The translations under genes and the position numbers were made by a program. Of a stretch of 64,000 bases of DNA, positions 1-11,976 are shown piece by piece (within the stretch, counting starts at the first letter, position 1; every line of letters starts with the position of its first letter). The DNA is from Octopus vulgaris. Taxonomy: Eukaryota. Location: assembly GCA_951406725.2 (NCBI GenBank), contig OX597831.1, positions 60,760,001 to 60,824,000 of the forward strand, in the 5' to 3' direction. A model generated the notes under the pieces. That model was not told where the DNA came from. It searched no databases and worked only from the letters and a program-made list of their open reading frames with translations.

Positions 1-1072
1 TACATATTTTTAAATAATATATTGAAATTTTTCTTCTTAATCTTTCATCCCCAAAATAACCTAAGTTCAATAAGATGTCCTTCGCTGAATTGTCAGATGC
101 TGAATTGTTGCGGCATGCTGTGCAACAACAAGATTATAGTTATGGGCCTTGACAGGGTCTTTGACATGGTATTCCATGTGATTCAGTTCTTGGCTTGATT
201 AGAGATTCGGGTCAATTATCTCACCAAATATTTTCCCACCCGTGGTTTCCCCTCAGTGCTAGCTTACTCTTCTTTAGAATTCTTCAATCAATTTATTCAC
301 TTTCCTGTTACCAATCCTAGCATTTGTGTAAACTATCTTCTTTAGTTACCGGAGAAGAGGCATCATTCGACTGTCCATGACTCAATGATGGTACGTAGTT
401 TCCATTTGAAATGCTTTATTTGCGTACAACATTAAAGACAAAAAGGAGCTGTTACTATTGCAGAAGTGGTGCTCTGCCGCCATGTGCAATTTGAAGACCG
501 TATATCATTTAATGAAAATGCTGCACCCCCTCTTACATCATTTTCGGATGGCCCCTTTTATCATAACATTAAATAAGATCTATAAGTAGTAATTACCTTT
601 TGATGCGTTCATTCATCATATAGTTTCATAATTTATATGTTACTCTTATTTATTCTTATTCATCTTCCCCACTGAATTATTACTGCTGCCAATTACACAC
701 ATATATGTTTGCGCATGAGCATATATCTTTGTCGAAAATCTATTTACAAATAACGATAACATTATTAATCTCATTAATTTCAAATACACTTTACATCCAA
801 TACTTCCCTATTGCGCTAACTTAATATTGCTAGATTCACTCAACCTGCCATACTTATGATTATTTATTCAATTATGTTCATTTAATCAAGTATTTTAATT
901 TATCTCACTGATCTTATATTAACTGGTACTAAGCTAATATAAGATTATGAATATAGTTGTTGCTGCAGTTGTTGTTGTTGATAATATTATTATTACTATT
1001 ATTATCATTATAATTATCATTATCGCCGTAAGCACCACCACCATCATTGTAATTACAATTATTAATTTCTAA

Positions 1073-1270
1073 GAGGCAGGTTGGCAGAATTGTTAGAGTG
1101 TTGGAAAAAATGTAATGCGTTATTTATTTCGATTTATTACACTTTGAGTTCAAATTCATGCAGATTATGATTTAGGCTTCCATCCGTCGTTGGTCGTTAA
1201 AAGATTCTTTCGTTAAATACTTGTCTTCTACTCGAAACAACTGGCCTTGTGTTAAAATTAAAAGGGAGAA
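1073..1270 (+). mobile_element. Degenerate SINE family A copy
   Basis: Diverged match to the family A head (ggcaggttggcagaattgttag...tgagttcaaattc) and to its terminal tail (ggccttgtgttaaaattaaaaggg). Confidence 0.55.
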
Positions 1271-2749
1271 TCATTGTTGTGCTTCTCATCCAAGTAGTTT
1301 ATTGCAAATGAACATATATGTGAAGCTCTATTAATATCTACTATGTTTTTCTTTACATATGTTGCACTTTTTAACCTTTTGGCTATATCTGTTGAAGGTC
1401 GCCAGTACTATAGAGAACTGATAACTTTCCTTTCCAGATCTAAGTGCAAAAGTCTCGAATATATTTTTGTACTTATGACAAAAACGGCATCGATGGCTTT
1501 CTCGGTTTTCTTTTTCTGGTTGGCTAGCATAGAAAGAAAGGAAATTGAAAGGCGATTCTGAAGCTGAAATATTAGCTGGCCAAAATAAAATACATATTCC
1601 ATATTACCAGAACTGATTTGATTATCAATGATACTAACGGTAGTTTCAATAACAAAGACTGCCATAACAACAAGAGCTGAAAGAACAACAAACTTCTCAA
1701 CCATAAGTGCAAAAACACCATCGCCATGTATAATAATAGCAACGTTCGCTATAGAAAATACGGTGTGTCAAATAACAACGGTAAAACTGACGCCGTTTGC
1801 GGTGGGAGGGAGAAAATTTGTTTCCATCAGCACCACCGCACCATCAAACACAAAACAAAAGCAATTGGGTCGTTGCCTCTACATTAGTGATAGTTCATGA
1901 AATAATCAACATAAACAGCTGCAGCAGAACACGTATAGCAAAATTTAGACCAGGGGATAAATAGAAATCAACAAGTGTAACAAAACATACGATGACAAAT
2001 ATAGCCATCACAAAAACAACCGTTGAGACACTAGCAAAAGTACAGGCAAATCCATTCAACTTATCAAACAATGAGAGCAGTACTAACAGCAACAGAATCA
2101 CTTAGAATTTGAGTGTCACAGTATTGTATCTTTTTAAGTTGTTTTTTCCATAGATTTTCTAAAGAATACAGAGCCAGTACGATGTTTTGTGTACGTAAAT
2201 AATGAAATCGAAAACAGAAAAATAGGTAACGCATTTATGTGCATATTTCAGGATTTCTGGCTTCCACTTCAGCGGTACAACCAACCATTAACTACGTAGG
2301 AGTACATTGCTTAAATAGCCTCTATGTTTAGCTGTGTAATACTATTAGATACACCAATTCACATATTAAACACATTCCTGGCAACAAATATTTCAATATT
2401 ACTTACTGGAAGCATCAAAATATTTCGTTTTGCAAGCAGAAAATACTATCAAGTATATTAACGGTTCAGATGGCAACACTGTATCCAGGTTTAGGTGTTA
2501 GCTGTGCAATATTTCTCTGTTTCATTGTTTCATTAAAAACTTTTTTATACAATTTAGATCCAGCTTTTGAAAGATACAACGTGTATTGTAACTCCTGATA
2601 AAATTCGTACAACTTTGGGACTCTGAATGCTTGAGTAAAGTTTCAATCGTTTTCAAAACATGGATCATATGTTGATTCATAAAATATGCCATAAACATTA
2701 CGACGGTTTTTTCTTTGCTGAAAAGACAGAAATGTTGCCGATGTTAATG

Positions 2750-2788
2750 ATGCTGCTGCTACTTCTGCTGCTGCTGTTGCTGCTGCTG

Positions 2789-2830
<42 letters not shown>

Positions 2831-2845
2831 TTACTACTAGTAATG

Positions 2846-2904
<59 letters not shown>

Positions 2905-2920
2905 GTTAATTATAATAATA
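2750..2920. repeat. Compound trinucleotide microsatellite (CTG)n(CTA)n(TAA)n
   Basis: Seen directly; explains the poly-L/poly-I ORF 2660-2929. Confidence 0.97.
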
Positions 2921-3484
2921 GTGGCTTGAGTGACAGCTGCTGGACGTATCTTCGCTGCTTGGACCTGTCACCAACTGAAGATACAGAAACACTAATACAA
3001 CCCAGCAGGACAACTGAAAAATAACTCACCAAAACTAGAATATCTATAATTCCCTGTGAGTATTTTGAATTTACCTCAAAATAAGTTAAACTTACATATC
3101 TACAGTTTTGGAAAACATAAACGATCAACTTTAAAACCTTTCATATTACAACTTCTGTGAATACCTATCCTTTCCCTGAGTATTCGAAAATGTAAGACAT
3201 GAAGATATCTACTGTCCCTGCCACTTCCCCATCCCAAGCTCTCAGTTATACTGTAACAACTTTTATGCTTCACTCGCCCTAGGATGCTGGGTTTGTCTCG
3301 TCGAGTGTTTGTAACAAACATGTAGATTAAAAGCTGTTATGTCACAGGTTCGGATGCCTTCTACTCAACTCGACTCCTACTCTGTTCAGCCGTGCTCTAC
3401 GACTGCTACTCTAGTCTACTGCTACTCTCAGCTGTGCTGCTGAGGTCTAGGCTTCTCCCTCTATATCTACGTATATAGGCTACC
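2921..3484 (-). mobile_element. Interspersed repeat fragment, putative 5' region of an R4/Dong-like LINE
   Basis: 2925-3200 aligns by eye to 39715-39980 (ttcgctgc...acagaaac.ctaata.aaccca...gaaaaataactc...aattccctg.gagta), which runs into an R4/Dong endonuclease domain. Confidence 0.45.
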
Positions 3485-3587
<103 letters not shown>

Positions 3588-3589
3588 TA

Positions 3590-3815
3590 ATGGCGAAATG
3601 ATAAAAGAAGTCGGAGAGGAAGGATATAAGTACCTGGGTGTTATTGAAAGCGATAAAATGAAGGAACACAAGATTAAAGAAATATGCAGGAAAGAATATT
3701 TGAGGAGAATTCGGCATGTGCCCCGATCGAAGCTAAATGGCTGGTATACGATTAGAGCAATTAACACGTGGGCAGTTGCTTTGATGAGATATAGGGCAGG
3801 AATAGTATCTCGGAA
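3590..3815 (+). mobile_element. R4/Dong-like non-LTR retrotransposon fragment (RT C-terminal/thumb region)
   Basis: Translation YKYLGVIESDK...EYLRRIRHV..SKLNG..TIRAINTWAVALMRY.AGIV is typical of R4/Dong; it begins right after a (TAA)n run, the known Dong target. Confidence 0.8.
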
Positions 3816-4530
3816 GCTCGTAGGGCAGACCATGTAATCCGGGCGATTTTCTCCTCGTGCCGTCCATTATCTTGTCCTCAATTGTTTTCGGCCTTTTGCA
3901 ACAATCCGCGTCGCTTCCTGACAGCCGAAACAGCCCAATTAGGTCGGCATTGAAATCCATCCTGCGCTCTGGCCCATCAGCGTTCTGGCCCATTTGGTCC
4001 ACCAAATACCGAATGGTGCTTGTGTTGCTATGTTGCGCCACGGCATTCCGGGCCCAACGGGCGGCTTTCCTTCCCTCTAGACGCAGAGCACGTGCCTTCT
4101 CTCTGACAATGCAACCTTCATGCTTAGCGTGGAAGTGTTGATCGCGGGGCAACCTCGTTGCCAGTACGTCAGTTGCAATCCTTTTCCTAAGCGTCTCTTC
4201 TACCTTTCTCGCCAAATCACTCTCTCATCTATTTCTTTGTACTGCTAAAACTTTGCTAAATGTAACGGATTCCACTTTGGCGGCTCTTTTTAAGTTATAT
4301 CACCATTTATTTTTGACAACTGTCTCTATCAAAGTTTTCTCAACTAACTCTTAAATCCGATCTCTGTAAGCTTGGCACGCCGGCAGTAAAGTGTTCAACT
4401 TCCATTTGCCGGGACCCTGTCTACGTACACTATCTAGGTCGATCTTACAATTCACCAATTGGTGATCAGTGTAGCCCACTATTTGAAATAACTGACATGT
4501 AATTCTATCCCTATCCAAAGACCTTCAAAC
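3816..4530 (-). mobile_element. Tx1/L1-type LINE ORF2 relic (APE C-terminus and linker), internally deleted
   Basis: Minus-strand translations GYTDHQLV...GPGKWKLN, GCIVREKARALRLEG and KSPGLHGLPYE match L1/Tx1 ORF2 motifs (SDH, WKLN, KSPGPDG). Confidence 0.8.
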
Positions 4531-5182
4531 ATTCCCCGCCGCCTCAGAGACGCGTAGATATGTTTTGGGGGCTATTTCCGTGGTTTCTTCAGCTGTTGTG
4601 GTGTGGGTGCTGTTTGTATCGAGGCATAACTGCCTTCCTATTGCTGTTGTAGGCAGAAGGCTTTCACCAGGTTATTATGTCCGCATTGATAACATCTTGA
4701 CCTTCTGCTCTCAAATGTAACGTTCAGATTAGTGACATCTAGAAGGTTGATTTGGTCAGGAATTTGTTCCAACAGCTCTTGGTTAATTTGAACCATTATT
4801 TGCAATTCCTGACCAGTCCAGTTGTTTTTTCCTTGTTTCTCTAGTTTGATGAATCTGAACTTATCCTCCAAGTCGAGAAGGACGGCTGCGACAATCCATC
4901 AAGCGTTCATTTCTGGTTGTATCTCCAGTAATTTTATCTTGGCGACCCACCGTCCTAAATATCTTGGAATTAGGACAAGTTCACAGTTTCTCAGCTGGGC
5001 TGTTGAGTACTGTAGCAAATCTGACTTCACTTTTTTCAACTGCTTGCTTTGTGGCAGTTTCTAAATATTTATTTTTTAAATATATAGTTTGTACATTATA
5101 AGACGTATGTTTGTATTGTCTATAATATCTCGAGGTGTGTTTTTCGAAACACATCGTTTGGTTTTTCTTTTTAAAATGTTTC

Positions 5183-5912
5183 GGACCTTTTCGGTTGGAA
5201 CGGCAGTTTTTTCTAGCGGTGCCATATGAAATTGTCACCCATAATTATGACCCTAGTATCGATCTATTGCATCTCAATCTGTTTTAGGGTTAGGGTTAGA
5301 GTTAGGGTTAGGGGTGGGGGAAGGGTATGTTATTTTCTTCAGAAATGTATATAAACCCAATCTGTTTCTTAAACGTGGGACATATTTATACGGCACATAA
5401 TGTTTTCACCTCAATAGACGTCAGTAATTGGTTGAAATTGCAGAAATTGAAGAAAAAAACAACAACAAATATCTTACAAACTATAGAATTTTCTCAATAA
5501 AGCCAAGAGAAAAAGATGTTTTATAAACACATTCTAGCAGTATACGAAGTTTAAAAGTGTTTAGTTACGTGGAAATTATGTTAAAAACTGCCGTTCAAAC
5601 CGAAAAGATCCGGAATGTGAGTTAATGTGATATCATTGTTTCTAATTGAGCTCCAAAGGCACCTGATACACTTCAGTCAGAACTGCAAGAGACATCTAAA
5701 AGTATTCAACACTACCATGCTTGTAATTCGCTTGAGTGTCCGAACAACATTGAAGCAAACGAATCAGATATCTTACAAACTATAGAATTTTCTCAATAAA
5801 GCCAAGAGAAAAAGATGTTTTTATAAACACATTCTACCAGTATACTAAGTTTAAAAGTGTTTAGTTACGTGGAAATTATGTTAAAAAGCTGCCGTTCAAA
5901 CCGAAAAGATCC
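5183..5912 (+). mobile_element. MITE (TIR GGATCTTTTCGGTTTGAACGGCAGTTTT) with duplicated right end; 8-bp TSD AATGTTTC
   Basis: Left TIR at 5183; right TIRs end at about 5611 and at 5912; AATGTTTC at 5175-5182 and 5913-5920; internal TTAGGG repeats. Confidence 0.9.
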
Positions 5913-6361
5913 AATGTTTCTCTAGTCTGTTAGAGATTCTACAGAAACTTTAACGAATTCAGTGCTAGGTTTTGCATTGGATTTTTCTTGTTTTTTGTTG
6001 AGTGTTGAGTGTGTTAGTGTTAGTGGTGGGAATGGGGGGGTGTATTCACAGGTGTTACGAAGCTAGCAGAGTCCATTCATTTCCTTGCTCTTGTCTTCTT
6101 CTTTCTCGCGTTTCTTTTCTTCTCTTTCTTTCAGTTGCTTAGCGTTGCACTTGCTATCAAGACTTTTATCATCCCCCTCCCTGCTTTTCAAGGCGCGGAG
6201 TGAGCGGAGACAATTATTTAAACAATATTTTTGGCTGTCTACCGATAGCAGAGGCGTGAGTTCAAATAGAAAAGAAGAGCTCATAGTCTTCTCCAAGGAC
6301 ATATTTACATATTTTAAAATCAAAAACTAAGAAGAAATCTCTATTTTGAAGTAGAAATTTG

Positions 6362-6786
6362 AGATCTTTTCGGTTTGCACGGCAGTTTTTTAAAAATAAT
6401 TTCCACGTAACTAAACACTTTTAAACTTCGTATACTGGTAGAATGTGTTTATAAAACATCTTTTTCTCTTGGCTTTATTGAGAAAATTCTATGGTTTGTA
6501 AGATATTTGTTGTTTTATTTTCTTAAATTTCTGCAATTTCGACTAATCACTGAGGTCTATTGAAGTAAAAAACATTCTGTGCTGTATAAATATGTCCCAC
6601 GTTTAAGAAACAGATTGGGTGTATTTACATTTCTGAAGAAGAAAAGATATACTTCCCCCCACCCCTAACTATAGCCCTAATCCTAAAACAGATTAAAATG
6701 CAATAGATCGATACTAAGGTCATAATTATGGGTGACAATTTCATATGACACCGCTAGAAAAACTGCCGTTCAAACCGAAAATATCC
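6362..6786 (-). mobile_element. Second copy of the same MITE, opposite orientation
   Basis: Reverse complement of 5183-5611; TSD GAAATTTG (6354-6361) / TAAATTTG (6787-6794). Confidence 0.9.
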
Positions 6787-7079
6787 TAAATTTGCCCCAA
6801 GTGTTCTGTTAGCCAGGTCACAGAAATGTCGTAACAAATTTTCAGATACAGCAATACAAAAGTTGCACAAAACCTTACAGCTCACGGACACACGCCCTTC
6901 CTCTTTGGAATCCCCGAGCAGAGTCAATTGTAATAATAACGACTACAACAGGAAAAATGATAATATTACTATTGCGGCTACTAACTGCTACCCTCAATAT
7001 CACCACCATACCAGCGCCAGCACCAACACCACTACTACTACTACTACTACTACGGTGCTGCTGCTGCTGCTGCTGTTGT

Positions 7080-7440
7080 TGAGCGTAGCTGTCTTCGTCC
7101 TAGTAGGAGAAGTCCGAAACGTAGTCCTTTGCTATCCGTAAGACCCGCAGAAAAGAAAGCAGATGAACCCCCGACACCGAGAGCATTGATGGATGGAGGA
7201 ATGCGCATCCAGGCTCAGCGGTTGCGTAGGAAGTCGGGGACAAGAAACCGGAAGAAAGAATGAAAGAAAGTTGGAGCGAAAGTGTGCAACAGGGGTCGTC
7301 CCCCCACCCCACCGCCGGAGCCTCGTGGAGCTTTAGGTGTTTTTGCTCAATAAACACACACAACGCCCAGTCTGGGAATCGAAACCGCGATCCTCTGACC
7401 AGAAATCCGCTGCCCTCAACCATTGGGCTATTGCGCCAAC
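7080..7440 (-). mobile_element. tRNA-derived SINE family B (tail variant 2)
   Basis: Reverse complement of the head ggcgcaatagcccaatggttgagggcagcgg...gtttcgattcccagac (A/B-box-like); the tail differs from the 8638 copy. Confidence 0.85.
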
Positions 7441-7454
7441 AATGCTGCTGCTGT

Positions 7455-7516
<62 letters not shown>

Positions 7517-7586
7517 ATGCTGCTGCTACTACTACTACTACTAACACTGCTACTACTACTACTACTACTACTACTAACACTGCTAC

Positions 7587-7617
<31 letters not shown>

Positions 7618-7625
7618 GCCACCAC
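7441..7625. repeat. (CTA)n/(CTG)n microsatellite
   Basis: Seen directly. Confidence 0.95.
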
Positions 7626-8069
7626 CATCGACCCACGGGTAATAATCGTCAAATCCTCATAAACAATACATTTCCCTGAGGCAAGAATTTCATTATACGT
7701 AATATGCAATGTTGAATACTTAATTGCATCTGTACATCAATAATTTCTGTATATTTAATTCTGTAGCATAATTTTCTCATTGAGACTCCTAATTAGAGAC
7801 AGTAGCTAAAATAAAGAAGGAATTCGTGTGTTACAAATTATGATTTCATTATAATAAGATGTCCTCAGCTATACATTAGCCAGTTTCGGACATAATCAGA
7901 TTCGTGGCAGTCTTAAATTTCTTCGCTCTCTCCTTAATACACCGTACAGAGGCATCATGTACTCCAGTCATGACATCACTAGGGAGAAATTGAATTAAAT
8001 TTGGCGGAAGATATTCTGATACATATACACACAGAAAAAAAATAGAGTTGACTTTTCAACCTCGCTCTC

Positions 8070-8212
8070 TCCTTTATCTCTTTTAATTGTTTCAGTCATT
8101 TGACTGTGGCCTTGTTGGAGCACCACCTTTAGTCGAGCAAATCAACACCAGGACTTATTCTTTGTAAGCCTAGTACTTATTCTATCGGCCTCTTTTATCG
8201 AATCGCTAAGTT

Positions 8213-8253
<41 letters not shown>

Positions 8254-8428
8254 AATATATATACGACGGGCTTCTTTCAGTTTCCGTCTACCAAAATCCA
8301 CTCACAAGGCTTTGGTCGGCTCCAGGCTATAGTAGAATTCACATGCCCAAGATGCCACGCAGTAGGACTGAACTCGGAAGCATGTGGTTAGTAAGCAAGC
8401 TACATACCACACATCCACTCCAACGCCT
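8070..8428 (-). mobile_element. tRNA-derived SINE family C with internal (TA)/(TG) microsatellite
   Basis: Reverse complement of ggcgttggagtggatgtgtggtatgtagcttgcttac...ggtagacggaaactgaaagaagcccgtcg...cagtcaaatgactgaaac. Confidence 0.9.
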
Positions 8429-8494
8429 ATAAAACATAATGGTGGCCTCTTTATAAAATGTATTTGCTTCCTTTTTTATTAATTGGCCTATAGT

Positions 8495-8532
<38 letters not shown>

Positions 8533-8637
8533 GAGAGAACGAATGAAGCAGTATATGTTGATTTCATTATCTTCAATATAGCCATGCCCACATGTTTGGA
8601 AGCCAAACATTCTCATGTAGAGTAGAAGCGTTCACAG

Positions 8638-8998
8638 TGGAAGCGCAATGGCCCATTGGTTAGGGCAGCGGACTCGCGGTCGTAGGATCGCGGTTTCGAT
8701 TCCCAGACCGGGCGTTGTGAGTGTTTAATTAGTGAAAACACCTAAAAGCTCCACGAGGCTCCGGCAGGAGATGGTGGTGATCCCTGCTGTACTCTTTCAC
8801 CACAACTTTCTTTCACTATTTCAAAGGGCCGGCCTTGTCACTCTCTGTGTCATGCTGAGTATCCCCGAGAACTACGTTAAGGGTACACATGTCTGTGGAG
8901 TGCTCAGCCACTTACACGTTATTTTCACGAGCAAGCTGTTCCGTTGATCGGATCAACCGGAACCCTCATCGTCGGAACCGACGGAGTGCTTCCATTCC
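8638..8998 (+). mobile_element. tRNA-derived SINE family B, full length, 14-bp TSD
   Basis: A box-like tggcccattggttag and B box-like ggtttcgattccc; AGAAGCGTTCACAG at 8624-8637 and 8999-9012. Confidence 0.92.
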
Positions 8999-9511
8999 AG
9001 AAGCGTTCACAGCAACAACAACAACAACAAAAAGACAAGTAAATTATAGGCTATATTATACCACACAATAGAGTAAATCCAGTGTGAAAATGGTAGAGAA
9101 AGTGGACTCAAGTCATCATTAATACACCCTGGTCAACTGAAACTTTTTAGCACCGTTGTATACCGTACGTTCTGACAATGTATATCACAAATATGGAAGG
9201 AGTTCTTAAATAAAAGATATTGATATGCTATTGGCGGTGACAAATTTTTCAGATAATTAAGATTTTATAAATATTTCTTCAGTAAAGTAAAAATTGCTTC
9301 CGACAAGAATTTCTTCCAATATTATACTATGGAAATCCTGAATGCGAAATTCAACGCTAACCAACTTCTCTACCGACACATTTTCCAAACTATGAAATTT
9401 ATTGTCACGTTCTCTGAAATACTAAGAGATGTTACCCTGCAGGTACCGTCTGGTCATATGCATGTACATATACATACATACATACATACATACATACATA
9501 CATACATACAT

Positions 9512-9561
<50 letters not shown>

Positions 9562-9639
9562 CAAGGGGTAAATTTGTCACCATTTTATATTTTGAAATTC
9601 GCGCATTGTTTCCTACACATTAGCAGGAATTCAGCGCTT

Positions 9640-10075
9640 TCAATCTAGAACTTGTGCTTCACGCCCTACGTTTTTTAACCCCTACAGAAATGATAATCCT
9701 TGCACTTACACACGGAAAATAGATGTAATTAAGCTCCTTGCTCTCTCTCTCCCACTTTTCGTCCCTCACAAGTTATGCCTCTCCCCTATTTCTACTTCTT
9801 ATCCTACTTCCCTCTCTATATTTCCATTCTTTCATTCTTCCTTAATATCCTCTCTTCGTTTGCAATCGAAATGCAATTTGCAATCGTAGTGGCTGTCTTA
9901 AATTATGCTTGATAATTCAATTGTGTTTTTTTTGACATCTGAAATCTTATTATGTTAATAATTTCTTATCAACAAAAATGTCAGATTTCCATTTTTTACT
10001 TTTTCCCGATTTGGCATTTATATTCACAATGAACATATAGTTGTTGCTTTTTAACACTTTACATTTACACATTTA
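9640..10075 (+). repeat. Diverged direct repeat, copy 1 (copy 2 at about 12590-13105)
   Basis: Shared blocks tttttaacccctacagaaatgataa, ttcttccttaatatcct, tgcaatcgaaatg, gtcttaaattatgctt. Confidence 0.8.
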
Positions 10076-10099
10076 GTATAGCAGGGTCAGTGGGGCACT

Positions 10100-10770
10100 G
10101 TCTGTGAGAAATATATCATCATGACGCAATTCACTCTGCCAGAGATTTGGAAACGACTGCTTGACATTCGCGATGGAAGCTCCAATACAAATATTTCAGA
10201 GTGCTTAGCTGTCAGTCTGAGGACAGTGCAATTGGGGACATGTACCGAGAGTGATAAATATCAAACATCCATTCAACATCCTGGCATTTAGATTGATCAT
10301 TAGCGAAGGCGCCGTTATGCCTCCATTCATCTTCCTACACGGCCTCCCACTCAACATAGAGGCCTATATCAAGTGCCTCGAAGAGGTATGACTGTCCCGG
10401 GTCAAGAGGGTGTCTGCTGGAAGACGTTATGTTTGGCAACAGGACTCCGCACCATGCCATAGAGGCAGGAGAAACTAGTCATGGTTATCACACAGTTTCT
10501 GCGATCACATCACACTTAACATCTGGCCACCTATCTTACCACACTGCAACCAACTTGACTATTATGTGTAAACCGCATTATAGCGAGAGACCAACAAAGC
10601 TCCTTGTAGCACAAAAACTGATTGAAGGCAAGGATTATGAAAGCATTCAGCAACTTAATCAGTGAGACCATCCAGAAGAGTTGCAAGAGATTCCGAAGTC
10701 GTCTGTTGAATAATTTTACTCGTTAGTATTTCAAACTAATTTAATGTAATTTTGGTAACTATATCTGTGA
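10100..10770 (+). mobile_element. Tc1/mariner (maT/DD37D-like) transposase relic
   Basis: Decayed reading PPFIF..G...N.EAYIKCLEEV...VKRVSAGR.YVWQQDSAPCH...IWPP.....N.LDYYV, the DDD catalytic region. Confidence 0.8.
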
Positions 10771-10861
10771 AAAGGAGCCTGTATATAGACATTCGTCAGG
10801 AAGTGAGCAAATGTAAATACATACCTTGGCATGAGTTGTAACCGCCCCATCAACAACTTGA

Positions 10862-10929
10862 GAGTGACTTTGACTAAACATTTAGTTTCACCTATTTCCG
10901 TTGGCTTCATCAGGGAGGAATCCTCACTC
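10862..10929 (-). ncRNA. Decayed type I hammerhead ribozyme motif in a Penelope-like insert
   Basis: Minus strand: CUGAUGA-A-GCC...GGU-GAA-ACUAAA UG UUUAGU-C; distal stem I GAGUGA/UCACUC; proximal stem I has two mismatches. Confidence 0.55.
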
Positions 10930-11094
10930 AGCTATTGTCGGGCAACTCCGTCTGTCATAACATATATCTTTACCATAGGTATCTATGGATGATTTAGTGG
11001 AATGCTTATGCGTATGCATCATATTGATGTTAACAGCAGAGCACACTGTCATACCATAAACGAAACATCTCATTGTCACGAAATGTGATTAAGG

Positions 11095-11448
11095 CTCCCA
11101 CTCAACATAGAGGCCTATATCAAGTGCCTCGAAGAGGTATTACTCTCCCGGGTCAAGAGGGTGTCTGCTGGAAGACGTTATGTCTGGCAACAGGACTCCG
11201 CACCATGCCATAGAGGCAGGAGAAACTAGTCATGGTTATCACACAGTTTCTGCGATCACATCACACTTAACATCTGGCCACCTATCTTACCACACTGCAA
11301 CCAACTTGACTATTATGTGTAAACCGCATTTGAGCGAGAGACCAACAAAACTCCTTGTAGCACAAAAACTAATTGAAGGCAAGGATTATGAAAGCATTCA
11401 GCAACTTAATCAGTGAGACCATCCAGAAGAGTTGCAAGAGATTCTGAA
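11095..11448 (+). mobile_element. Near-identical duplicate of the mariner segment 10345-10700
   Basis: Track ORFs 10429-10665 and 11180-11416 differ at only two residues. Confidence 0.9.
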
Positions 11449-11976
11449 GACTAGATTGCTAGAAATGGAACTGAGAAGTTGAGTTTGATAAGATATGGCA
11501 TCACGCAAGATGAAATCACATGATAGACAAAAACATGATGAGATAACCTAGACACAACACAATTTTAAATTATATGAGAGAATAATTTATTTTTAAGGGG
11601 AGAGATCCAACATATATTCGAACGGCTGTGTCAATATGAAGAAAACAATATTAAAGTGAACCTGAAGTATAGTTCATAAAGAAAATATGGTATTTCTGAA
11701 ATTAATATTGAAGAAGATTCTGAGGATATAGTGAGTGTTCACATGTGTGTGTGTTTGTGTGTGAGTGTGTGAGTGTATGTGTGGGTGTTAGTGTGTGAAC
11801 GTATTATTGAATGCTCGTGTCTGTAAACAGTGAAAGCTTTACATAGTTGAATATATTGGAAGTATGAGTGTTTCTCACCTCGTTGAATATTTTATATTTC
11901 CATTGATATTCAATATTTAACATCTACAAATGGAAACCTTGAGCATTTTACTACAATAATTATATAGACGCATGAA

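Larger units (their letters stand above)
4540..6925 (-). mobile_element. Tx1/L1-type LINE ORF1 relic and putative 5' UTR, interrupted by two MITEs
   Basis: Zinc knuckle RCYQCGHNNLVKAFC; the VRFATV and IPRYLGR..KIKLLEIQP...WI segments resemble ORF1 at 35976-36606; the 5' boundary is approximate. Confidence 0.6.

Noticed and set aside
1343-2101. Hydrophobic ORFs resembling membrane protein or GPCR segments
   Set aside because: No recognisable motifs or continuous frame; explained by AAC/AAT-rich compositional bias
5283-5320. True telomere or chromosome fusion site
   Set aside because: Only about five repeats, internal to a MITE with TIRs and TSD
7095-7130. GGA-GAAG-UCC-GAAAC-GUA-GUC hammerhead-like half in a SINE B tail
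   Set aside because: No CUGANGA core upstream and no stem I
8638-8715. tRNA gene
   Set aside because: The tRNA-like sequence is the head of a SINE with body, tail and TSD
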